Source: an uncultured Bacteroidia bacterium (GTDB lineage: Bacteria > Bacteroidota > Bacteroidia > Bacteroidales > UBA932). Taken from it: a DNA stretch of 64,000 nt. The DNA lies in contig CACZWF010000003.1 in the NCBI GenBank assembly GCA_902784785.1, forward strand, positions 2,129 through 66,128, read 5' to 3'. Positions 45,314-55,307 of the stretch are shown here, piece after piece. The translations under genes and the position numbers were made by a program. The notes below the pieces were generated by a model. It had not been told where the DNA came from and did not search any database. It saw nothing but the letters and a program-made list of their open reading frames with translations. The stretch's first letter is position 1. Each line of letters begins with the position of its first letter.

Positions 45314-46269
45314 TGGCACGGCTCCTGTCTTTTGTCAACCGTTGGATGCTCCCGATTGCGATGTCCGCAGGAGCTTTGCTCTATTTCCTATATCGTTACG
45401 CTTTTCCTTTTTTGCATCCGTATGGACCGCAATTCGCACGCGGGGTGGGATGGCTGCAGCCTCTTTTGATTTTCACGATGCTCTTTATGAGCTTCTCTTG
45501 TATCAAGCCCTCCCAGTTGCGCCCTCATCGCTGGCAGTTCCGTCTGCTGGCGATTCAAGCCCTTGTTTTCGTGGCAGCGGCCCTGATGACCCTGTGGGGG
45601 ACGGAGTCCGGTTCGACGGGTGCTTTGGCGTTGGAGTGCCTGATGATCTGCGCCATTTGTCCGACGGCGGCGGCCGCTCCGATTTTTACCGCCAGAATGG
45701 GCGGCGACATCGCTTCGCTGGCCTCTTATGTCGTGCTGGCCAATCTGCTGACCTCCGTGCTGGTGCCCCTGTTCGTTCCTATCTTGCACCCTTCTGTAGA
45801 AATCTCGTTCTGGGTCGCTTCCGGAATGATTCTGGCCAAGGTCTTCCCCCTTTTGATCGGTCCTTTCCTGGTAGCCTGGCTGGTGCGTCGGGTCTTTCCT
45901 TCCTTTCATAAAATGGTCGTCAAGCATTCGTGGGCGAGCTTCTATGTCTGGGCTTTTTCCCTGATGCTGGCCATCTTGATGTCGGTCCGCTTTCTGTTCG
46001 CCAGTTCGGCCGGCGGACAGGTGATCGGCGTGCTGGCGGCGGTCTCTTTCTTATGCTGTCTGGCCAATTTTGCCATCGGGAGAATTGTGGGGTTGCGCGT
46101 GGGTCGCAGCCGGAAACAGGGGCCGGTGGACGCGGATGGAAATGTCGTGGTCAGCGTCACCCAGTCGATGGGACAGAAGAACACCGTGTTCTCCATTTGG
46201 ATGGGTTCCACCCCTTGCCCCGGAGTTTGGTTCGCTCTAATGCCATCTATTTTGTTCAATAGTGTGTGA
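45313..46269 (+). CDS. Bile acid:sodium symporter family transporter
   Basis: Polytopic; ICPTAAAAPIF..MGGD and GQKNT motifs; 3' end looks atypical. Confidence 0.75.
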   Translation: MARLLSFVNRWMLPIAMSAGALLYFLYRYAFPFLHPYGPQFARGVGWLQPLLIFTMLFMSFSCIKPSQLRPHRWQFRLLAIQALVFVAAALMTLWGTESGSTGALALECLMICAICPTAAAAPIFTARMGGDIASLASYVVLANLLTSVLVPLFVPILHPSVEISFWVASGMILAKVFPLLIGPFLVAWLVRRVFPSFHKMVVKHSWASFYVWAFSLMLAILMSVRFLFASSAGGQVIGVLAAVSFLCCLANFAIGRIVGLRVGRSRKQGPVDADGNVVVSVTQSMGQKNTVFSIWMGSTPCPGVWFALMPSILFNSV

Positions 46270-46332
46270 ATATTTTTCTTATTTTTGTATTCATTTATGT
46301 GTTAGCGCAATTAAAAACTTGAACTTCGTAAA

Positions 46333-47526
46333 ATGAGACTGTTGAACGAGATTTGCGGAAAATACACTTTGCCGCAAGAAACCAAAGCCAGAGGCATCTA
46401 TCCCTACTATACACCCATCGAGTCCGAACAATCCACTGTCGTCAAGATTTACGGCAAGGATGTGTTGATGTTCGGCTCCAACAGTTACCTCGGTCTGTCC
46501 AACGACCCCCGGCTCAAAGAAGCGGCCATCGCCGCCATCAACAAATACGGCACCAGCTGCAGCGGCTCCCGTTTCTTGAACGGAACCCTCGACATTCACG
46601 TCGAACTGGAGGAAAAGCTGGCCAAATTCGTCGGCAAGGACGAGGCGGTGACTTATTCCACCGGTATGCAGGCCAATATGGGTGTGATTTCCTGCCTGGG
46701 CTTCCACGGCGGCACCATTTTGCTGGATGCCCTGGATCACGCCTCCATCATCGACGGCGCCCGTCTGGGCCTGTCCCGTGTGCTGAAATTCAAGCACAAC
46801 GATATGGAGTCGCTGGAGGAGAAATTGAAAGCTTGCGATATCGACAGCCCGAAACTCATCGTCATCGACGGTGTCTATTCGATGGAAGGCGACATTGCTC
46901 CGCTTCCCAAGATCTGCGACCTCTGCGACCAATACAACGCGTCCGTGATGGTGGACGATGCCCATTCCCTCGGCGTGCTTGGCAAGAACGGCCGCGGTAC
47001 GGCCGACCATTTCGGTCTGACCGACCGGGTGGACCTCATTATGGGTACCTTCTCCAAGAGCTTCGGATCCCTGGGCGGTTTCATTGCCGGTGATTCCATC
47101 GTGTTGAACTACCTCAAACACAACTCCCGTCAGTTGATTTTCAGCGCTTCGATGCCCCCTTCCAATGTGGCGGCTGTCAATTGCGCCCTCGATATCATGC
47201 TCAGCGAGCCCGAGCGTATCGAACATCTCTGGGACCTTACCCGCTATGCACAGAAGGCATTCAAGGAAAGAGGTTTCGACACCGGTCACACCCAGTCCCC
47301 GATTATCCCGCTCTTCGTCCGCGACACGATGAAAGCGCTGGCCGTGGTGCACCTTTGCCTCGAAGAGGGCGTGTTCGTGACGCCGGTCATCGCTCCCGCC
47401 GTTCCGCAGGAGGATGTGCTGATTCGCTTTGCCTTGATGGCGACCCACACTTTCGAACAAGTGGATTTCGCGGTGGAGAAAATTGAGAAAGTGTTCCGCA
47501 AACTGGATATTCCTTTCCTGAAATAA
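46333..47526 (+). CDS. spt: Serine palmitoyltransferase (alpha-oxoamine synthase family)
   Basis: GIYPYY..IESEQ, MFGSNSYLGL, GSRFLNGTLDIH, DHASIIDG, DDAH, PLP lysine in GTFSKS; N-terminus matches the Bacteroides SPT type. Confidence 0.85.
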   Translation: MRLLNEICGKYTLPQETKARGIYPYYTPIESEQSTVVKIYGKDVLMFGSNSYLGLSNDPRLKEAAIAAINKYGTSCSGSRFLNGTLDIHVELEEKLAKFVGKDEAVTYSTGMQANMGVISCLGFHGGTILLDALDHASIIDGARLGLSRVLKFKHNDMESLEEKLKACDIDSPKLIVIDGVYSMEGDIAPLPKICDLCDQYNASVMVDDAHSLGVLGKNGRGTADHFGLTDRVDLIMGTFSKSFGSLGGFIAGDSIVLNYLKHNSRQLIFSASMPPSNVAAVNCALDIMLSEPERIEHLWDLTRYAQKAFKERGFDTGHTQSPIIPLFVRDTMKALAVVHLCLEEGVFVTPVIAPAVPQEDVLIRFALMATHTFEQVDFAVEKIEKVFRKLDIPFLK

Positions 47527-47544
47527 TTCCCCAATCTTTCGCCT

Positions 47545-48354
47545 ATGGCTGCTCCGAAAGTCGTAATGATCACAGGCGTCAGTTCCGGCTTCGGCCGGGC
47601 GATGGCCGTTAAATTAGCCTCTCAGGGGCATAAAGTCTATGGCACGGTACGCCGGGAAGTCGAAGCGCTTCCGGGCGTGACCTATGTGCAGGCCGAAGTA
47701 CAGGACGAGGCGTCCGTGGCGGCTGCGGTGGATGCAGTCATTGCCGCGGAAGGCCGTATCGATGTGTTCATCAACAACGCCGGTATGGGTATCGGCGGTC
47801 CCATCGAGTTTACGCCGCTCGAAGATGCCTCCCGTCAGATGGATATTAATTTTATGGGCATGGTGCGTTTCCTGCATTATGTGGTGCCGCAGATGCGCCG
47901 CCAGGGCGGGGGACGGATTCTCTGTTTCAGTTCCATCGGCGGTCTGATGGGTCTGCCTTTCCAGGGTTTTTACAGCGCCAGCAAATTTGCCATCGAGGGC
48001 TATTGCGAGGCGCTTCGGCTGGAATTGCGGGGCAAAAATATCGATGTCATTCTGATTGAACCGGGCGATTTCGCTACGAGCTTTACGGCATCGCGCAAAA
48101 GCACCCTCACCCCCGAAGCCTATACTGCCTATCCGACCTATGCGGAGAGCCTCAAGAGTATCGAGCACGACGAACAGAGCGGTCTGAAGCCGGAATATCT
48201 GGCAGAGAAGGTGGCCCGTATCGTCGCCTGCAAATGCCCGGCCTACCATTATATTATCTCTACGCTGGAGCAACGCTTGTCTGTCACCCTCAAGGCCATT
48301 CTGCCGCAGCGTTGGTTCGCCGCGATTCTGGCTTCCTATTATAAATTGAAATAA
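47545..48354 (+). CDS. Short-chain dehydrogenase/reductase (candidate 3-ketodihydrosphingosine reductase)
   Basis: TGVSSGFG, NNAG, YSASK catalytic motifs; 18 nt after spt. Confidence 0.85.
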   Translation: MAAPKVVMITGVSSGFGRAMAVKLASQGHKVYGTVRREVEALPGVTYVQAEVQDEASVAAAVDAVIAAEGRIDVFINNAGMGIGGPIEFTPLEDASRQMDINFMGMVRFLHYVVPQMRRQGGGRILCFSSIGGLMGLPFQGFYSASKFAIEGYCEALRLELRGKNIDVILIEPGDFATSFTASRKSTLTPEAYTAYPTYAESLKSIEHDEQSGLKPEYLAEKVARIVACKCPAYHYIISTLEQRLSVTLKAILPQRWFAAILASYYKLK

Positions 48355-48405
48355 GATTTTGGCCGTCTGCCGGATGGGAACATCCTGAAAGGCGCGTTTG
48401 GACGA

Positions 48406-49056
48406 ATGATCAAAGCAAAGAGCATAACCAAATCTTTCGGCTCTCTTCAGGTCCTGAAGGGGATTGATTTCTGTGTCTCACAGGGGGAAGTCGTTTCCAT
48501 CATGGGCGCCTCAGGAGCCGGCAAGTCCACCTTCCTGCAAATTCTGGGCACCCTGATGCGCCCCGATGCCGGTTCCCTGCTGATTGATGGCAAGGATGCG
48601 CTGGCGTTGAAGGGCGACCGTCTTTCGGCTTTCCGTGCCCGCCGCATCGGTTTTGTCTTTCAGGCGCACCACCTGCTGCCGGAATTTACCGCCTTGGAAA
48701 ATGTGATGATTCCTGCTTTGATTGCGGGGGAAAAGGATGGATCTGCTCGTGAAAAAGCAGCGGCCTTGCTCGCTGAGGTCGGTCTGGCCGAGCGAGTTTC
48801 CCACAAGCCGTCCCAACTTTCCGGCGGGGAGCAGCAGCGCGTGGCCATCGCCCGTGCGTTGGTCAACAATCCGGCCGTGCTCTATGCCGATGAACCTTCC
48901 GGTAACTTGGACAGCGCCACCAAACAGGAGATTCACAAGCTTTTCTTTGATATGCGCGAGCGTCACGGACAGACGATTGTCATCGTTACCCACGACCCTG
49001 ATCTCGCCGCTCTCTGCGACCGTTCCCTCATGATGCGCGACGGTCGTTTTGAATAA
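48406..49056 (+). CDS. ABC transporter ATP-binding protein (LolD-like)
   Basis: [37 protein letters not shown]. Confidence 0.93.
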   Translation: MIKAKSITKSFGSLQVLKGIDFCVSQGEVVSIMGASGAGKSTFLQILGTLMRPDAGSLLIDGKDALALKGDRLSAFRARRIGFVFQAHHLLPEFTALENVMIPALIAGEKDGSAREKAAALLAEVGLAERVSHKPSQLSGGEQQRVAIARALVNNPAVLYADEPSGNLDSATKQEIHKLFFDMRERHGQTIVIVTHDPDLAALCDRSLMMRDGRFE

Positions 49057-49062
49057 GCACTT

Positions 49063-49665
49063 TTAGTATAACAGCAGTCCCAACACCGCACCGGAGAGGA
49101 TGAGGAGGATGGGGCTGGTTTTGCGCCAGTAGGAGGCGACGAAGGCCGCCGCCAGCAGAAGCCAGCTTTTGTAGTCGGGGAAGTTCTCGGTGACAAGTTG
49201 GAAGGAGGGGGTTTGGCCGTCCCAGGTGGTGTTGACGATGAGGATGAGGGCGGCGGCACCGATGAGGCCGACGACGCAGGGGCGCAGGTAGTCCATCGTG
49301 CCGGCGTAGAGGCGGCTGTCTTTGAAGCGCAGGTAGAAACGCACGATGAGCAGCATGATCAGGAAGGACGGCAGCACGACGGACAGGGTGGCGACGGCAG
49401 AGCCGCACAGTCCGAGCAGGTGGCTGCCGCTGGCCGTGTAGAGCACATCATAGCCGACGAAGGTGGCGCTGTTGATGCCGATGGGTCCGGGGGTCATCTG
49501 GGAAACGGCGACGATGTCGGTGAAGGTGCTTTCGCTGAGCCACGCGTGTTCGACGACGACCTGGTTCTGAATGAGAGACAGCATCGCGTAACCGCCGCCG
49601 AAGGTGAAGGCGCCGATGACAAAGAAGGTCCAGGCGAGCTGGCCGAGCAACATCAGCGTTTCCAT
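49063..49665 (-). CDS. Chromate transporter, short-chain CHR subunit (start reassigned to 49665)
   Basis: IGAFTFGGGY, SQMTPGPIGINSATFVG. Confidence 0.9.
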   Translation of the reverse strand: METLMLLGQLAWTFFVIGAFTFGGGYAMLSLIQNQVVVEHAWLSESTFTDIVAVSQMTPGPIGINSATFVGYDVLYTASGSHLLGLCGSAVATLSVVLPSFLIMLLIVRFYLRFKDSRLYAGTMDYLRPCVVGLIGAAALILIVNTTWDGQTPSFQLVTENFPDYKSWLLLAAAFVASYWRKTSPILLILSGAVLGLLLY

Positions 49666-50213
49666 TCTTTCCAATAATTTAGGCTGAATCCTATGATCAG
49701 GACGCAGAGGATGATGTAAATGGGTGAAACGTTCAGGAACGCGACCAGCACCAACGAGACGAGAGCCAGCAGCCAGGCCCACCATTTTTTACAGGATTTT
49801 TGGGCCATGCGGACGGTGGGAACGGCAATCAGGGCAATGACGACGGGACGGATGCCCGCGAAGGCCTTGGCGACCCAGGGATTGTCCTTGAAGGCGGTGA
49901 AGAACAGCGCGATGGACAGGATGATCAGAAAGGAGGGGAGTATGCTGCCCAAGGTGGCGGCCACGCTTCCTTTGAAGCCCCGCAGCCGATGTCCGGCGAA
50001 AATGGAAATGTTGACGGCCATAATGCCGGGCGCGCTTTGCGACAGGGCGACGATGTCGGGAAGTTCTTCTTCTGAAATCCAGCCGCGACGGGACATTTCC
50101 GCCTGGATGAGGGGAATCATCGCGTAGCCTCCGCCGATGGTGAAGGCTCCGATTTTGGCGAAAACCGTGAAGATGCGCCACAGGGACGCCCGCTCTGTCG
50201 TTGTTTGTTCCAT
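49653..50213 (-). CDS. Chromate transporter, short-chain CHR subunit (start reassigned to 50213)
   Basis: KIGAFTIGGGYAM, SQSAPGIMAVN. Confidence 0.9.
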   Translation of the reverse strand: MEQTTTERASLWRIFTVFAKIGAFTIGGGYAMIPLIQAEMSRRGWISEEELPDIVALSQSAPGIMAVNISIFAGHRLRGFKGSVAATLGSILPSFLIILSIALFFTAFKDNPWVAKAFAGIRPVVIALIAVPTVRMAQKSCKKWWAWLLALVSLVLVAFLNVSPIYIILCVLIIGFSLNYWKEWKR

Positions 50214-50273
50214 TATTGCAAAGGTAAGCAAAAAATTTGCTTTTCTCTCCATTAGATTTTATCTTTGTAGGTT

Positions 50274-51437
50274 ATGTCAAGCAATGGAAAAATATTGATT
50301 GTGGATGACGAGCGCGCCATCCGCAATTCTTTAAAAGAGATACTCGAAGATGAAGAGTATGAGGTGGAGGTGGCCCCCGACGCTCCTACGGCTTTGCAGA
50401 TGGTGGACGGAGATCATTTTCAGGTGATTCTCTGTGACATCAAGATGCCCGGAATGGACGGGGTGGAGCTGCTTTCCCAATTACACGAGAAAGTGCCCGA
50501 CACGGCGGTCGTGATGATGACCGGTCACGGGGATATCGATACGGCGGTGGACTGCATCCGCAAAGGGGCCTATGATTTTCTGACCAAACCCCTGGATCTC
50601 AACCGCATTTTGATCACCATCAAAAACGCCCTCGACAAGACCCAGTTGGTAGGTGAGACCAAGACCCTCAAGAAAAAAGTCTACAGCGGCGGTGATATGG
50701 TCGGCGAGTCGGAGGGGATGATGGCCCTGCGCGAAATGGTGGACAAAGTGGCCCCGACCGAGGCCCGGGTACTAATCACGGGACAGAACGGAACGGGGAA
50801 GGAACTGGTGGCCCGCAGCCTGCATCAGCGGAGTCTGCGTGCGTCCAAGCCCTATATCGAAGTGAACTGCGCCGCCATTCCTTCCGAATTGATCGAGAGT
50901 GAACTGTTCGGTCATGAAAAAGGTTCTTTTACGTCCGCCATCAAGCAGCATAAGGGCAAGTTCGAGCAGGCCGACGGCGGCACGCTTTTCCTGGATGAAA
51001 TCGGAGATATGTCCTTGGCCGCGCAGGCGAAAGTGCTGCGCGTGCTGCAGGAAAAGAAACTCTCCCGCGTGGGCAGCGACAAGGATATCGAGGTGGATGT
51101 GCGCGTGCTGGCGGCCACCAACAAAGACCTCAAGGCGGAGATTGCCAAGGGGACTTTCCGCGAAGACCTCTACCACCGTCTGAGCGTCATCGTCATCCAC
51201 GTTCCCTCTTTGGACGAGCGCAAGAGCGACATTCCTCTGTTGGTGGAACATTTTATCAACCAGATCGGCCAGGAGACCGGTATGGCCCGCAAGGACATTA
51301 CGCCGGAGGCGATGCAGATGCTGGTGGACAAGTCCTGGACCGGAAACATCCGCGAACTCCGCAATGTGGTGGAGCGCCTGCTGATTCTGGGAGCCCAGCC
51401 CATCAACGCCAATGATGTCAGAAACTACGTATTTTAA
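50274..51437 (+). CDS. NtrC/NtrX-family response regulator with AAA+ domain, no C-terminal HTH
   Basis: Receiver (IVDDE, CDIKMP, KP), Walker A GQNGTGKE, ESELFGHEKGSFTSA, LFLDEI, FREDLYHRL, WTGNIRELRN, then stop. Confidence 0.9.
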   Translation: MSSNGKILIVDDERAIRNSLKEILEDEEYEVEVAPDAPTALQMVDGDHFQVILCDIKMPGMDGVELLSQLHEKVPDTAVVMMTGHGDIDTAVDCIRKGAYDFLTKPLDLNRILITIKNALDKTQLVGETKTLKKKVYSGGDMVGESEGMMALREMVDKVAPTEARVLITGQNGTGKELVARSLHQRSLRASKPYIEVNCAAIPSELIESELFGHEKGSFTSAIKQHKGKFEQADGGTLFLDEIGDMSLAAQAKVLRVLQEKKLSRVGSDKDIEVDVRVLAATNKDLKAEIAKGTFREDLYHRLSVIVIHVPSLDERKSDIPLLVEHFINQIGQETGMARKDITPEAMQMLVDKSWTGNIRELRNVVERLLILGAQPINANDVRNYVF

Positions 51438-51448
51438 AAAATAACGGT

Positions 51449-51736
51449 ATGAAATTCACCCCTTCATTTTTCGGTACGCAGCAACACCGCAAGTTCCACT
51501 ACACGCCGCGTTATTACGACCCGGAGAAAGAGCGTCGCAAGGAAATTTTCGGCGAAGTGGACGGGACCTATGCCAAAGAGGACCACAAGCCGGGCGACTA
51601 CATCCGTCGCAATATGCGCCGGGAGCGCGGCAAGGTGGATATGACGACCACGGCCCAGAAACTCATCGGATGGGTGGGGTTGGGACTCTTTGTCGTCGTC
51701 CTGATTTATATTGTCAAATTCTACGCGATACTGTAG
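51449..51736 (+). CDS. Conserved small membrane protein upstream of mutL
   Basis: RKFHYTPRYYDP motif and a C-terminal TM helix. Confidence 0.65.
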   Translation: MKFTPSFFGTQQHRKFHYTPRYYDPEKERRKEIFGEVDGTYAKEDHKPGDYIRRNMRRERGKVDMTTTAQKLIGWVGLGLFVVVLIYIVKFYAIL

Positions 51737-51739
51737 GCC

Positions 51740-53515
51740 ATGCACGTCAAGATTCTTCCGGACAATCTGGCCAATATGATTGCGGCCGGCGAGGTGGTTC
51801 AGCGCCCCGCTTCGGTTGTCAAAGAGTTGATGGAAAACGCGGTGGATGCCGGCGCGGACAAAATTGACGTCGCCATTGTGGACGGGGGACGTACCCTGAT
51901 CCGGGTGGTGGACAATGGCTGCGGGATGTCTCCCGATGATGCCGTGCTCTGTTTTGAACGCCACGCGACCAGCAAAATTGCGGACGCGGAGGATTTGGAT
52001 AACATCTTGACTTTCGGTTTCCGGGGGGAGGCGTTGGCCAGTATCGCAGCCATTTCGGAGGTGACCCTTCGTACCCGTCGGGAAGAGGATGAAACGGGCT
52101 GTGAAGTTACCTTTGCCGCGTCCAAGCAGACGGGCATTTCGCAGGTGGCCGCGCCCAAGGGTTCGCATTTTGCTGTGCGCAACCTGTTCTATAACGTGCC
52201 TGCCCGCCGCAAATACCTCAAAAGCGACGCCATCGAGTTCAAGCACATCGTCGAGGAATTCCAGCGTGTGGCCCTGACCCGCTGCCAGATCGGTTTCACC
52301 TTGACCCACAATGGTAAAGATGTCTTGATTTTGCAGCCGGTCAGCAGCCTCAAGCAACGCATCAAGGATATTTTCTCTTCGATGATTGCCGGGGATTTGC
52401 TCGACCTTTCTACCCAGACTTCGGTGGTGGTGCTGGGCGGCTATGTGGGCAAGCCGGAGTCGGCGCGCAAAGGCCAGACCTGCCAGTTCTTCTTTGTCAA
52501 CGGCCGGTATTTCCGTAGCGCCTACCTGACCAAAGCCGTGCTCAAGGCGTACGAAGGGCTGATTCCCGAAGGGACGATTCCTTCCTATTTCATTTCGCTG
52601 GAGGTGCCGCCTTACAGCATCGATGTGAATGTTTCACCCACGAAAACGGAGATTAAATTCGAGGAGGACAGCATTATTTTCCAGACCCTGGCGGCGGCGG
52701 TACGCGGCGTGCTCGGGCAGCAGACTTTCTCCGATACCCTCGATTTCGAAGGGTCGAAGGCGACGCAGATTCCCATCACCAGCCGTCCTTTCAATGAATT
52801 CCACCCGATGCGCAGTCCGGACAAGACGCCCGATGAACGCTACAATCCTTTTGAGACGGACGGGTTTCCCAACGAGCCGGATTTTTTCCCGCCTTCCGCC
52901 ACGGTGGAACGGACGCAGGACTATGGCAAGTTGTTCGACGACGCCCCGATGATGAGCGCACCCGCCTTGGTGGTGGGGGACAAGTATATCGTGACAACCC
53001 TTGGCGGCGGTCTGGTATTGATCAATATTTTCCGGGCCCGCTTGCGGATTTTGTTCGAGAAATACCGTTCCATACTCTCGGACCAGGCCCATTGCACGCA
53101 GACCTCCCTGTTCGAGACGACGGTTTTCGTGGGGGTGGAAAACGCTTTGCTGTTTGAAGCAAATGCCGATCTTCTCTCCCGCCTGGGCTTCGATATCCGC
53201 CTCTTTGGCAACGATACGGTCGTGGTCGGGGGCGTGCCCGAAGGCTTTTCCGCCGAAGAGGGGAAGGTGACGCAGATGGTGGCGGATGTCATCGACATTC
53301 TCAAAGACAACACGGTGTCTCTCGAAGAGACGATGATGGACAATCTGGCCTTGGGTTTTGCCCGCAGCGCCGCGTCCGGGACGGTGCATCTGAGCCCGGC
53401 TTCCGCCCAGCGCCTCATCGGCGAATTGTTTGCCTGCACGGACAGCGAGATCACCCCGCAGGGCAAGAGAATCTATGTCCGCATCTCGCAGGAAGAATTG
53501 GATAAAAAGTTTTAG
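51740..53515 (+). CDS. mutL: DNA mismatch repair endonuclease MutL
   Basis: IAAGEVVQRPASVVKELMEN, DNGCGM, RHATSK, GFRGEALASI. Confidence 0.96.
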   Translation: MHVKILPDNLANMIAAGEVVQRPASVVKELMENAVDAGADKIDVAIVDGGRTLIRVVDNGCGMSPDDAVLCFERHATSKIADAEDLDNILTFGFRGEALASIAAISEVTLRTRREEDETGCEVTFAASKQTGISQVAAPKGSHFAVRNLFYNVPARRKYLKSDAIEFKHIVEEFQRVALTRCQIGFTLTHNGKDVLILQPVSSLKQRIKDIFSSMIAGDLLDLSTQTSVVVLGGYVGKPESARKGQTCQFFFVNGRYFRSAYLTKAVLKAYEGLIPEGTIPSYFISLEVPPYSIDVNVSPTKTEIKFEEDSIIFQTLAAAVRGVLGQQTFSDTLDFEGSKATQIPITSRPFNEFHPMRSPDKTPDERYNPFETDGFPNEPDFFPPSATVERTQDYGKLFDDAPMMSAPALVVGDKYIVTTLGGGLVLINIFRARLRILFEKYRSILSDQAHCTQTSLFETTVFVGVENALLFEANADLLSRLGFDIRLFGNDTVVVGGVPEGFSAEEGKVTQMVADVIDILKDNTVSLEETMMDNLALGFARSAASGTVHLSPASAQRLIGELFACTDSEITPQGKRIYVRISQEELDKKF

Positions 53516-53518
53516 TGT

Positions 53519-54208
53519 ATGATTGAATTTCGCAGCAACGGCTGTATGAACAGCGTGCCTCCGGTAACCAAGAATATCATCTTGATTAATTTTTTCGTGT
53601 ATATTTTCACCGAATTGCGGCCTGAATTTATGTACGAGTATTTCTCGCTGTTCTATCCGACTTCGCAATATTTCCACTGGTGGCAGCCGGTCACGCATAT
53701 GTTTATGCACGGAGGGTTCTGGCACATCTTCTTCAATATGTACACGCTCTTCTTGTTTGGTGCCGTATTGGAGCGGACGTGGGGCCCCAGGAAATTCCTG
53801 CTGTTTTACTTCGTCACGGGACTGGGGGCCGCAGGCTTGCACATCGGAGTGCAAGCCCTGCAAGTTGCGCACTTGCAGGCGCAACTTGCCGCCGGCGTTC
53901 CGTCGGCGGCTGCGGCCCTCGGTCACCTCTACGCGATTCCGACCGTCGGTGCCTCCGGTGCCATCTACGGCCTGCTCGTCGGCTATGCCATGCTGTTCCC
54001 CGACAGCCGTCTGACCCTGCTTTTCCCGCCGGTTACCCTGAGCGCCAAATGGATGGTGATTATCTTCATCATCATCGAACTGACGACCGGCGTCTTCGGA
54101 CGAATGACGGATATCGCCCACTTCGCCCACCTCGGCGGCGCTTTGTTCGGCTGGCTGATGATACTCTACTGGAAGAAGAAAGGCAAGATGTACGATTATG
54201 AGCAGTAA
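53519..54208 (+). CDS. Rhomboid family intramembrane serine protease
   Basis: WWQPVTHMFMHG..HIFFNM, GASGAIYG, AHFAHLGG. Confidence 0.94.
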   Translation: MIEFRSNGCMNSVPPVTKNIILINFFVYIFTELRPEFMYEYFSLFYPTSQYFHWWQPVTHMFMHGGFWHIFFNMYTLFLFGAVLERTWGPRKFLLFYFVTGLGAAGLHIGVQALQVAHLQAQLAAGVPSAAAALGHLYAIPTVGASGAIYGLLVGYAMLFPDSRLTLLFPPVTLSAKWMVIIFIIIELTTGVFGRMTDIAHFAHLGGALFGWLMILYWKKKGKMYDYEQ

Positions 54209-55307
54209 GCGTCCGGCTGCGAAAAATCCCCCCAAAAAAGCAAAAAAGAAACTGACGTTCTTCGGGGTGACGGCTCGTCTGGTGATGCTAGTCATCGCCG
54301 GTCTGCTGGCCCTTTCGTACCTGAGCATTCTGGTGTCTCCGGCCTCTCTGTGGGTTCTGTCTATCTTCGGCCTGCTTTTCATTCCGCTGGCGCTGATCGA
54401 TTTTTTCCTGCTCGTCTGGGCCATTTTCCGCCGCTCCTCATCCTTCTGGATTCCCTTGCTGGCCCTCATTCCCTCCTTCTTTTTTATCGGGGAATATGTC
54501 AATTATCACCAGCGCTCAGACGCGGCTCCCGAAGTGAAAATCGTTTCTTACAATGTGGGGCGTTTCGGTGCGGCGCAGGATGGGGTCAAACGCACGGAAG
54601 AAACTTGTCTGAACGAGGTGTTGTCCCGTCTGCAGAAAGAGAAGGCCGATATCATCTGTCTGCAGGAGTTCCGGGTCGGGAGCGTCCAGGATATCAAAGC
54701 CATTTGCAAACGCTTTTTTCCTGATTTCGAGTGTGCCTATTTCGCATTCCCCGGTTCCCGCAGCAAAGTGGGCAATGTCACGCTGAGCCGTTTCCCGATT
54801 CGGTCCCGTTCTTCCCAGACTTTTGAAGAAAGCACCAATCTGGTCCTCTATACGGACATTGATATGGGTCCCCGTCTGATGCGCGTATGCAATTGTCATC
54901 TGGAGAGTTACAGTATCTCGCTCCCAGGTCTGCTCAAACGGGTGGACGACGAAGAGTACTGGAAGGAGACGGGCAAGAAGATGAAGCGTTCCATCACGCG
55001 CCGGCCCCGTCAAGTGGACCAGGTTCTGAAAAATATCGACAACTGCCCGCTGGATTGCATCGTTTGCGGGGACTTCAACGATACTCCGATGTCCCACACC
55101 TATTTTGCCCTGCGCAAAGATATGAAGGACACTTTTACCGAGGCCGGGCGCGGATTCGGGGCGAGTTATTATTTCCTGTGGCCGCTGCTGCGTATCGATT
55201 ATGTCCTGCACGATTCCTCCTTGCAGGCGACTTCGCATCGGAGTCCCCATTGGGGCTGGTCCGACCATTATCCTGTCATTACTGAATTTGTATGGACGAA
55301 GAAATAA
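54198..55307 (+). CDS. Endonuclease/exonuclease/phosphatase family protein with N-terminal TM segments
   Basis: SYNV, ICLQE, CGDFND, RIDY, SDHYP motifs. Confidence 0.9.
   Translation: MSSKRPAAKNPPKKAKKKLTFFGVTARLVMLVIAGLLALSYLSILVSPASLWVLSIFGLLFIPLALIDFFLLVWAIFRRSSSFWIPLLALIPSFFFIGEYVNYHQRSDAAPEVKIVSYNVGRFGAAQDGVKRTEETCLNEVLSRLQKEKADIICLQEFRVGSVQDIKAICKRFFPDFECAYFAFPGSRSKVGNVTLSRFPIRSRSSQTFEESTNLVLYTDIDMGPRLMRVCNCHLESYSISLPGLLKRVDDEEYWKETGKKMKRSITRRPRQVDQVLKNIDNCPLDCIVCGDFNDTPMSHTYFALRKDMKDTFTEAGRGFGASYYFLWPLLRIDYVLHDSSLQATSHRSPHWGWSDHYPVITEFVWTKK

Noticed and set aside
46333-47526. BioF or Kbl instead of SPT
   Set aside because: The N-terminal GIYPYY..IESEQ region and overall sequence follow the Bacteroides SPT pattern and no biotin genes are adjacent; not excluded without a phylogeny
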